Source: Octopus sinensis
Taxonomy: Eukaryota
Length of the DNA: 64,000 bases
Direction of reading: 5' to 3'
NCBI RefSeq assembly: GCF_006345805.1
Contig: NC_042997.1
Location: 8,804,001-8,868,000 of the forward strand
The stretch's first letter is position 1. Each line of letters begins with the position of its first letter. The notes beneath the pieces are model-generated. The model was not told the origin of the DNA, made no database searches, and was given only the letters and a program-made list of their open reading frames with translations. Both the position numbers and the translations under genes were made by a program. Shown here piece after piece: positions 23,896 to 34,265 of the stretch.

Positions 23896-24979
23896 TATAC
23901 TATTTTTAATGGCAGAACTGTACTTTTTCATGGTATATTTACGTTAAGTTTACAGATATATTCTGTTTTCACAACAAACTAATGCATCTCATCTTTTCTC
24001 TTTTCCTACTGTAATGATTTTTTTTCCCAATAAAGGCCCCCACAAGTCTAATAGAATTTTCAAAACTGAATTTGATAAGCAAATTTTTTTTTTAATTCTT
24101 TTACTGCTTTCCCTACATTGGATGATAGCCACCCCCGTTAGTTACATCATCACCAGTACTATTTTTCTGATTGATTTCAAGAAGGAGGTAAAGCAAAGAG
24201 AGCCTGAGTGGAATTTTAACTCAGAATTTGAGTGGAATTTTAACTCAGAATATAGAAGAGACATAATGAAATACCATAATGAATCACTCTTTCAATTCTG
24301 CAGTTCATTTGTCATTCACTTCAAATATTTAATTATCTCCTGACAATAACATGTGCTTGCCCACTAGCTTAGGTTTATGAATTATGATTTGGTGAACTTT
24401 ACATTATATAATATGATAAATCTGTAGAAAGAGCTGGACCTAAAAGAAAGTCATTAGAAAAATAGCTTTACACCTGAAGAGAAGCCATCCATATCACCTG
24501 ACAGGCATTGCACTGTGACTCTGACAAAGACAATTCACTTTCTATTGCCCATCCAGCTAACAATATACTATAGCATATAAAAGTATAATTGACCACAACA
24601 AGGAGTAGCATCTCTCTGCCATCTTTAACATAAATGTTTCCTCTTTCTTGATGCTGTGATAAGAGAAGTTATGTGTTTGACACATAAAAGGAGTGAAGGT
24701 AGACACTTTCCTCTTTGGCAAAGTCCATTGACTTTTATGAGTTACATTTGGAAAGGAAGGTGATAGTGGATAAAAATGGAAGTTCTCACCTACAGTAAAT
24801 TTTTTAAAATGCGAGTGACATTTGTCATCATGGCACAAGAGAACATGTGAATGGCTTCACTTACAACATGTGCTCGTAAGTCAGAGAATATCAGTTTGTA
24901 GAGACTTCTATTACCCTTAATCACCAGAGTGATTTTGGATTTGTGTTGCTCCTTGGCTAGTTCTAGTTGACAGTCAAGG

Positions 24980-25208
24980 TGGTGAGCTGGCAGAGATGTT
25001 AGCACGCTGGGCGAAATGCCTAGTGGTATTTCGTCTGCCGTTACGTTCTGAGTTCAAATTCCGCCGAGGTCGACTTTGCCTTTCATCCCTTCGGGGTCGA
25101 TAAATTAAGTACCAGTTATGCACTGGGATCGATGTAATTGACTTAATCCGTTTGTCTGTCCTTGTTTGTCCTCTCTGTGTTTAGCCCCTTGTGGGTAGTA
25201 AAGAAATA
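24980..25208 (+). mobile_element. Nin-domain-like SINE, full length, low divergence
   Basis: gagctggcagagatgttagcacgctgggcgaaatgcc..ctgagttcaaattccgccgaggtcgactttgcctttcatcccttcggggtcgataaattaagtaccag..taaagaaatag. Confidence 0.9.
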
Positions 25209-25394
25209 GTCCTAGTTGGCAGTCCCCCTCTCTAAGGACTATATCACACATCTGTATGCTGTATATACTATTTTTATCTGAATCTCATTTTTTCCCTTAT
25301 CCAATTTCTTAATAAGCCCCAACATTCTTTGTAACTAGTTTCAGTAATGTCTCCTTTGTTGTCATCACTGTTGCAAGTAAATAAAATGTTATTG

Positions 25395-25830
25395 TAGTTT
25401 GGCAGAATTATTTGAATATCGGTAAAAAAATTTGTAATAATTGCTCTGAGATTTTACATTCTGAGTTCAAATCCCAACAAGGTCAACTTTGCTTTTTATT
25501 CTTTAGGGGCTCAATAAAGGGAAATACAAGTTAAGTACAGGTGTTGATATAGCCAGATATGTTTCTCTTCCAAGTATCAAGTTCTGTGCCGATAATAGAA
25601 ACAATATTTCAGGGTTATGGCTTAGGGGAATCATTAGAGAGCCACAAAATTGCTCTGCAGTATCTTTATCCCAGTTCTTTACATTTTTAGATCAAACCCC
25701 ACCGGAGTTAACTTTACCTTTCATCTTTTCTAGTGCAATCATCTAAAGCACCAGTCAAGTACTTGGGATAATGGTATCGATACTAACCCTACCACCACCA
25801 AAAGTTCAGGTTTTGTGCCAAAATCAAAAA
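25395..25830 (+). mobile_element. Two further diverged Nin-like SINE remnants
   Basis: ttacattctgagttcaaatcccaacaaggtcaactttgc.. and ccaccggagttaactttacctttcatc.. Confidence 0.55.
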
Positions 25831-25974
25831 CTACTATAAAGAATGGTGGCAATCATGATAGTTACTTTTGTTTTATATTCTGGTGTTTTATAGGAGCACA
25901 TGATCAATTATTATAGAGGGCGAGTGTAACTTATGGAGGTAATAAACTTTGTTATTATCATCATCGTCATCAGT

Positions 25975-26190
25975 GATATTTAACATCTGTTTTCCATGGT
26001 GGAATGGGTTGGATACCTTGACAGGAATGGGCAAAGCTAGGGCCCACAGTAGATTTCACAGTTTATTTTGATTTGGTTTCGACAACTGGATGCCCTCCCT
26101 AATGCCAACCACTCTGCAGAGTGTACTAGGTGTTATTTGTATAACACCATCTCCAGTGCTTTTTTTGCATGGCACCATCTCCACTGCTTT
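25975..26190 (-). mobile_element. RTE-type 3' tail
   Basis: tttaacatctgttttccatg..ggttggat..ggatgccctccctaatgccaaccact. Confidence 0.7.
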
Positions 26191-26519
26191 TTACATGGCA
26201 TCAACGATTACACCAGTGCTTTTTATGTTGCACCTTGGTTTTAGGGTCCCAATTCTGTTGTGGTGGCCAGGTCTTCTCAAGTACAATTATGCACTTCAAT
26301 CCTCAGTCCTCTGACATCTCCTTCATAAAGCTACATTTTGAGATTGGCTTTAGTACATCATAAATTACTGAGAGAACTTATATAGGCACAGTCTGTGTTT
26401 AAAACAATTGTCAAATTAGATGCTTCCATATTTAAGGCTCAGGGCATTAAAAAGCTTATTAGAAATCATCAAGACAATATTAGTTAATGCCCAGTATTCT
26501 TACATAATCTTACATATGG

Positions 26520-26920
<401 letters not shown>

Positions 26921-28699
26921 TTTTATCAACTCTATAAAAAAAACGAAATTGTAAAATGAATCTCAGCGGATTTTGAACTCAGATGGATGAAACTAAATAC
27001 CAGAAATTCTTTGCTCCATCAAACTACTGCCTCACCAACATTTTCTTCCTCTCAAGCCATATATTAAAATATAGCATTCATGTGCAGCTTTTGTTAGATT
27101 TTATTTTCTCCATCTTAAATTCTAGCAATGTTTCACAAATTTACACTTGTGGACCTCCCCTACTTTTGTAGCTCCATAAATAATTTATAAATTAGAGAAT
27201 GCTAAAAATAAGTAAATATACATTCAAACCAATTTGTTGCTATCAGAACAATTGTACTTTCAATGCTGTCTTTATAAATTAATTTTCTAAGGTTTTGTAA
27301 GTACTTTCTTGTTCTTCTTTTTCCTCCTTAGCTTCCCTGCGTTTGTTGTCACTATTTTGGTTTTACTTATTTTGTCTCCACACAATCATCAAAGACATTC
27401 CAGTTTCCATATATTTTCTACCTAAGTGATCTCCAAAACTGCGTAGATGGCCCTCCTGTCACGGCACCATTTACTTGGAAATGTTACTGATTGGATTATG
27501 TTTACAACAGTTAACTGAAGACATGAATAATTCACCGGTATTAAGCTGTTTCAAACTACATAAAAGAATGATATTTATCTGTCACTCCCAGGCAGAATGC
27601 ATATCAAAGAAATTCTATTTGATTTTATATTCTCTAAGAAGCTGAAGGAGAAAGGCTATAAACATTTGACAACGAGTAACCTTTAACTGTTCAGTCACTG
27701 AGAATGTGATTTAAATTCTGATGGTGCATCATGTTTTTGTCAACTTTATACCTACTAAATTTACAGTCGTAACATTGAACAAATTTTATGATAGAGATTA
27801 TGAATTTATGAATGAGTCCTGTGTTAAATTTATATTTCTTTCTCTTTTATATTTCTTGCAGCATTGTTTGAATTTTAGTGCTTCTCGGAGAATATTTCGA
27901 TATAGTTTATATAGATAAGCATTTAAGAAGCATTTCTGCGATTCTCTTAAAGTTAACTGACAAAGGTAAACTGAAATAGACAAAGAAGGTATGTAAATTA
28001 ATTATATAAAATCACTAATTCAAAGTTTAGCTATTTATTTGAACTGTATTGATGTGATTGAGAAGATAGTATGAAATTTCTGTTTGGAAATTATTTTCCA
28101 TCATAACTAATGATTTTACTTTTCCTAACATATCCCATTGGGAGTTTAATATGGTAATGAATAAATAGTAATGAATAAGATATCTGCCACTGAAGTGTAT
28201 TAGAATTTGTGAATACATTACACATTCTGAATTTACTCTTAAATGTCCATCATATAAAGATGCTGTGTAAGTTTGAGTAGCATAACACAAGTGAAAAGTC
28301 TGTGAATTAAATGAAGTTTGTGTACAGGGCACTGATTGTCTGAAAAAGTTGTTTCATTCAGTCGCTTATTCATTTAACTTATATTTTTCTATGCTAGCAT
28401 GGGTTGGATGAGAACATACTTGAGGCAACATTTTAGAGTCAGGTACTTTTCATGTCGTCAAACTTTATCTGTTTCTATTTCTATTAATCCACTGGTCTTC
28501 AAAAACATAGTGAAATAAAAAAAAATAATAAAGTGTGTACAGTTGTAATATCAATAACGATAGTAAATCACATACCACAGTTTTACTCATGGATATATTC
28601 ACACATATATATATACATATTCACATGCACACATACATATATATGTGTGTGCGTGTACGTGCATGTGTGTGTGCATGTATGTGTGTATGTGTGTGTGAT

Positions 28700-28900
28700 A
28701 ACATCATCTTTGTCATTGTTTAACATCTGCCTTCCATGTGGGCATGGAGTGGACAGTTCAACAGGATATGTCGAGACAGAGGACTTCATCAAGCTCCACT
28801 TTCTGTTTAAGCATGGTTTCTATGGCTGGATGCTTTTCCTAATGCTTGCCTTTTTCCAGAGTGTACTGGATGCCTATTTTGTGGCATCAACACTTGTGGT
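28700..28900 (-). mobile_element. RTE-type 3' tail
   Basis: cattgtttaacatctgccttccatg..ggctggatgcttttcctaatgc. Confidence 0.65.
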
Positions 28901-29319
28901 GTCACTGTGCAACATGGGAGATGAAACCCCTCAGTAGAGTGGTGGGGTAGCATTGAGGGAGGTGGCTTTATGTCAGATGTCAAGAGGATAAAGTATGATA
29001 GCAAGTCAGGTTTAGGTATCTTGCTAAAGAGAAGACACCTAACTATTCCAGCCAGAAAGGGAGAAGAAAATAATGGCTATGAAGTTTCAGGACAATAAAG
29101 AGAGAATCAGAAAGAGTGGATGGAGAGATAAGTTTGTGAGAATGTGAAAGCCAAGTGACATATGGTTAGAAATGGGGATAGAGACGAATGCAAGGAATGG
29201 TAGACAGGTTGCAGTTTGGGGATAACAATGAAATAATAGGAATGAGACAGAGAAGAGGTGATAGGTAACAGTATAAAAAATGGCAGGGTGAAGATAAATT
29301 ATTCACATGAATTCTACTC

Positions 29320-29445
29320 ATAAAGCATTGATCAGTATAGAACCAAAGAAGAAGACACTTGCTCAAGGTTCCATGTTGTGGGATAGAACCTAAAACCATA
29401 TGGTTGTAAAGCGAACCTCTTAATCATACAGCCATACCTGCACCT
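29320..29445 (-). mobile_element. OR2-type SINE head fragment
   Basis: gaagacacttgctcaaggttccatgttgtgggatagaacc is the reverse complement of the core and B box. Confidence 0.6.
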
Positions 29446-29469
29446 ACCATGAAAACTATAATGGAAGTC

Positions 29470-29694
29470 ATCGATACCAATGCCACCTGATTAACCCCAT
29501 GCCAGTGGAACATAAAAAGCACTCACTACACTCTTGGAGCAGTTGGTGTTAGCTGTAGAAACCTTGCCAGATCAGATTGGAACCTGGTGCAGCCGCCTGG
29601 CTTGCCAGTCCTCAGTCAAACCGTCCAACCCATGCCAGCATGGAAGGCAGACGTTAAAAGATGATGGTGATGATGGTAGTGGTGGTGGTGGTGG

Positions 29695-29746
<52 letters not shown>

Positions 29747-29760
29747 AATGATGATGATGT
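29470..29760 (+). mobile_element. RTE-type 3' tail + (GAT)n
   Basis: agctgtagaaaccttgccagatcagattggaacctggtgcagcc..ccaacccatgccagcatggaaggcagacgttaaaagatgatg. Confidence 0.8.
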
Positions 29761-30153
29761 CATAAGAAACCCAGCTTTAGGAATAAAAATACTTAAAATG
29801 GCATGAATATCCAGTTTATTTCATCTTGTGCTGAGCATTGTGAGTAGCCAAGTTAAAAGGATAGTGGGCTACATACCAAACATCAACTATAGTTGTCTTG
29901 CCAACAATATAGCACCAGGATTATGAATAAGACTTGTGACTCAAAAATTTTCCTGTGTACCTAGCAGTATTTCATACCAGAGAAGAGAACAACTCACTCC
30001 TACCATTGCAGCAATAACACTGCCAACCCCAAAACAAAGAAAACCTCTCTGTACCTACTCTTGCAGTTAAGGAATAGCAACCAAATCACTCTCAAATAAG
30101 ATTCTGTTTTACAAAACAGATGATTTCAAGAAACATAATAGTGTGACCATCAT

Positions 30154-30462
30154 TATTTTCATTATTTACATTATTTACATTCGACGGATATTTGTCCTCA
30201 TCTTCTTTATTGTTTACACAACGTTTCAGCTGATATATTCTCCAACCTTTATCAGGTGTCTTGGGGAAATTTCGAACCTTGGTTCTCATTCCTAGGGTAT
30301 TTTTCGATGTTATTATTATTATTATTGTTCAGGTCACTGCTTGGAATCAAGCTCGGAATCTTAGGGCTAGTAGCCTGTGCCCTTAACCACTACACCATAT
30401 GCCAGTCGAATGTAAATAATGTAAATAATGTACATGATTCCTCATCTCTTAAATATAGAACT
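30154..30462 (-). mobile_element. tRNA-headed SINE carrying a minimal HHR core, plus an inverted 3'-tail fragment
   Basis: Head 30403->30330 (A box TGGTGTAGTGG 30397-30387, B-box-like 30354-30343), (AAT)n spacer, HHR 30260->30215, tail tgtaaataatgtaaataat. A plus-strand tail piece follows at ~30405-30462. Confidence 0.8.
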
Positions 30463-30599
30463 GTGTGACCATCATATCAAAAACTGATATGATGGTCACA
30501 CTTTAAATGTTTTTGAATCAGAGCTGACTTGGAGCAAAACAAAAACAACAACAGCAGTACTTTCAAATGATGAAGTGTTTCTTGTTGTTGTTGTTGTTT

Positions 30600-30790
30600 T
30601 TGCTGTTGTTGTTGTTTAATCCCCAGGTCAGAAATATTGTATATAACAATCAAGTCATGACCATTTCATCATTTTCAAGTTATGTGCACCTGAGACTACA
30701 TTAACCTCTGTGTCCATGTTTAAGAAAGTAGAGTGAGATCTGAGGGAGATTTACTTCATACTTTTAACAGGTCCAGTGACCGTTTAAAAG
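30600..30790 (-). mobile_element. SINE 3' body/tail
   Basis: gttgttgtttaatccccaggtcag..gagactacatt..gtgagatctgagggagattt; reverse complement of the 19520 family. Confidence 0.6.
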
Positions 30791-31059
30791 CTCTCTTGTT
30801 AACTTGAAAGAGGTTTTTGTTTAAGTTTGCAGTGATGAACTAAGTATTCTTTCTTTTTGTTGTTGTTGTTTTGGTTGGTTTGTATTGACAGTGATAGTAG
30901 TGGTTGTTGCTGTGGTAGTAGATGTAGTGTGGAGATGGAGCAGTGGCAACATCACCAGATCATTATGCTGCTGCTGCTGCTGCTGATGATGATGATGATG
31001 ATAATGATGATGATGATGATGATGTCAGTAGCAATCAGAGATATATTTTTACCTTTTGA

Positions 31060-31632
31060 TGTTTTGCTTTTATTTTTACGAACCATTGTGCTAGCGGCAC
31101 GCAAAGAGCACCATACAAGCGTGATCGGTGACAGAGCGGCTAACTGGCTTCCGTGCCAGTGGCACGTAAAAGGCACCATTCAAGTGTGATCGTTACCAGC
31201 GTCACCTTACTGGCACTTGTGCCCCATGCTAGTGGAGTGCTAAGAGCACCATCCAAGTGTGATCATTACCAGAGCGGCTAATTGGCTTCCGTGCCTCTAG
31301 GATGTAAAAGGCACCATACGAGCATGATCATTACCAGTGACACCTTGCTGGCACTTGTGCCGGTGGCACGTGAAAAAAACATTCGAGCGAGGTCGTTGCC
31401 AGTACCGCCTGACTGGCCCCCATGCCGGTGGCATGTAAAAGCACCCACTACACTCTCAGAGTGGTTGGCGTTAGGAAGGGCATCCAGCTGTAGAAACTCT
31501 GCCAGATCAAGATTGGAGCCTGGTGCAACCATCTGGTTCACCAGCCCTCAGCCAATCGTCCAACCCATGCTAACATGGAAAGCGGACGTTAAACAATGAT
31601 GCTGCCGCTGATGATGATGATGATGATGATGC
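31060..31632 (+). mobile_element. RTE-type 3' region with internal tandem subrepeats, ending in (GAT)n
   Basis: Recurrent ggcac(g/t)taaaaggcacca..a(a/g)gtgtgatc(g/a)ttacc units, then gtggttggcgttaggaagggcatccagctgtagaaactc..cggacgttaaacaatgatg. Confidence 0.85.
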
Positions 31633-32509
31633 TACAAAGATTTTTCATAATCTAATAGATGTTTTTTTTTTTGTGTATGTGTTGTGGCAATTTGTCTCAT
31701 TGCAATAGCCTCTTATTGTTTCTAACTTCTCAGCCTCGAAGTTTTAGGGTTAAAAATCTATTTTACTAGTCAGGAAAACTATAGCAAGCATAGCTACGTA
31801 TGACTGTGAGTTGGGTTGTGCAGATACACCTGGGAAATAAAACCAAGAGTCCCAACATTGATCTCATCACCACATAATCATTAGTTTGAACTTACCACTT
31901 GGTCAGCAAAAAGATGACAATGATGACGATGATGATGATGATGATGATGATGACGATGATGATGATGATGGTTATGATGATGATGGTGGGGGATGATTAT
32001 GATGATGACGATGATGAGTGGGGTGTCAAATGTAGTGGTGGTGGTGGTAGCAGTGGTGACGATGGAGACAAGAGGAGGAGGAGGAGGAGGAGGAGGGGTA
32101 AGGAAGGAGGGGAGGTGGTGTTACTAGCAGTAATAACAATGTATGTTTATGAATGAATGCATTAAATTTCATAACCTAAAGGTCAGTAGGTCAGAGATCG
32201 TCATCATCATCATCATCATCAAGATCATCATCATCATCATCACTATCCTTTCCATTATCATCATCACCAACACCAGCAGCATCACTAGCTGTAACTAAAG
32301 AGGCATGACAAGGATAATTGAGATTGATGATTATAGGTAATGAAGATTATGTGAGGTCAAGTATATTCATGAGTTTTTGGCACTGTAATTTTATAGCATG
32401 ATGAACAAAAGTTCATAGAAATCATGTAAAGAATTTGACAGTTGGGAAAGAACACATTTCATATATATCTTTCCCTTCAAACCTGCATAAAATTTGCAAA
32501 GCATCCACT

Positions 32510-32690
32510 TATCATGGCTGTGTGGTAAGAAATTAGCTCCCCAACAACATGGTTCCAGGTTCAGTCCCACTGTATGGCACTTTGGTGAAGTGTCTTCTAT
32601 TACAGCCTCAGGCTGACCAAAACCTTGTGTATGGGTTTCGTAACCACAAACTGAAAGAAGCCTGTTGTATATATATATATATATATACAA
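32510..32690 (+). mobile_element. OR2-type SINE 5' half, ending at (AT)n
   Basis: catggctgtgtggtaagaa..ggttcagtcccactgtatggcactttggtgaagtgtcttc. Confidence 0.8.
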
Positions 32691-32836
32691 AAAGCAATAA
32701 AGATTCAAGTTAATTTAAATGAATTTACTTGAATATGGTACCTAACTTAGATGCACCAAAAAAAACTATACTGTTTTAACAATACAGTAATGTGGGGTGA
32801 TTATAAGCGAGAAAGAAGCAACAAGAATGGATAGGT

Positions 32837-32927
32837 TTTTAGTACAATCGTTTCATACAAGGACAGGCTTTATTAAATGTTGCAAAAATTACAGCATATA
32901 AACGTGTCCCGTACTCATCAGCTAAAA
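32837..32927 (-). ncRNA. Type I hammerhead ribozyme (left arm)
   Basis: Reverse complement of the motif at 33782-33872; predicted cleavage between 32843 and 32842. Confidence 0.75.
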
Positions 32928-33781
32928 TACATGTGAGTTCTCTAGACATCCTAGTGGTTGAGGCTATACTCATGAAGTAATGTAGATAATTAAGTAACAT
33001 AAACAGATTTCCAAAGTTCATTAAAGTTCTTTAAAGATGATGTACAGTCTTATCACAGAATTTTTAAAAAGTTTTAATAGCATCACAGAGAAGGTGACCT
33101 AATCCATAGTGCACATATGAATTTCCAGAGATATGAGGAGGGATTACATACTCACAGACGACAAATTTATCCATTGTTAATCACAACGAGGTGGGTCTCA
33201 ATTCCTGCTTATTAGCATTACAGAGAGGGTGAATTAATCCTTTGTATAGATGCACAATTTCCAATGGTGTAGATGTAAATTTCCAGGGAAATGAAGAGGA
33301 ATTTCATATTCACAGGCGATAAATTTATCAATGGTTGAACACAATGAGGTAGGTATCAATTCTTGTTATATTATTAGGTATTTGCCACATTAATCACATT
33401 ACTGCTATTTTTTAAAAAAAAATAGCAGTAATTTCCTTTTAGCAGTATTTTCCTTTTAAAGCATCTATACAAAGGATTAATTCACCCTCTCTGTAATGCT
33501 AATAAGCAGGAATTGAGACCCACCTCGTTGTGATTAACAATAGATAAATTTGTCGTCTGTGAGTATGTAATCCCTCCTCATATCTCTGGAAATTCATATG
33601 TGCACTATGGATTAGGTCACCTTCTCTGCTATTAAAACTTTTTAAAAATTCTGTGATAAGACTGTACATCATCTTTAAAGAACTTTAATGAACTTTGGAA
33701 ATCTGTTTATGTTACTTAATTATCTACATTACTTCATGAGTATAGCCTCAACCACTAGGATGTCTAGAGAACTCACATGTA

Positions 33782-33872
33782 TTTTAGCTGATGAGTACGG
33801 GACACATTTATATGCTGTAATTTTTGCAACATTTAATAAAGCCTGTCCTTGTATGAAACGATTGTACTAAAA
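33782..33872 (+). ncRNA. Type I hammerhead ribozyme (right arm)
   Basis: UUUUAG-CUGAUGA(33788-94)-GUACGGGACA..UGUCCUUGUAU-GAAAC(33855-59)-GAUU-GUA(33864-66)-CUAAAA: 6-bp stem I, ~10-bp stem II with one bulge, self-complementary GAUU loop. Confidence 0.8.
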
Positions 33873-33929
33873 ACCTATCCATTCTTGTTGCTTCTTTCTC
33901 GCGTATATATATATATATATATATATATT

Positions 33930-34265
33930 GCTGAGACTCCCTTTGGTCATGACTGACTGTGGTATTGCACCTAGAAAGTTACCCTCCCAGGCACAAATCT
34001 GGGCTAGGTTGTTTATGGAAGAGCAGCAGTCACCCATGCATACCGGCCTCCCCTCTCCATGCCACCAGTGTTATCCAAGGGAAAAGCAAAGGGGCCAATA
34101 TAGCTTGGCACCTGTGACGTTACGTTGCAACTCATTTCTACAGCTGAGTGAACCGGAGCAACGCGAAATAAAGTGTCTTGCTCAAGAACACGACACGCAG
34201 CCCGGTCCAGGACTCAAACTCACAACTTCATGATTGTAAGCTCGACGCTCTAACCACTGAGCCAG
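33930..34265 (-). mobile_element. tRNA-headed SINE, full length
   Basis: Minus strand tggctcagtggttagagcgtcgagcttacaatcatgaagttgtgagtttgagtcc head and gtgttcttgagcaagacacttt block; second copy at 47295-47630. Confidence 0.85.

Larger units (their letters stand above)
32807..33902. mobile_element. Near-perfect inverted repeat (447/442-bp arms, 207-bp spacer), PLE pLTR-like
   Basis: 32807-33253 is the reverse complement of 33461-33902 apart from one 5-bp indel and a few substitutions; the right end abuts (TA)n. Confidence 0.9.

Noticed and set aside
24205-24251. CRISPR-like palindromic direct repeats
   Set aside because: Only two adjacent units, no spacer, no cas genes, eukaryotic context.
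32839-33870. Two near-identical 60-aa ORFs (32839..33021 minus, 33688..33870 plus) as a duplicated small gene
   Set aside because: They are a by-product of the palindrome, overlap the hammerhead motif and resemble no protein family I know.
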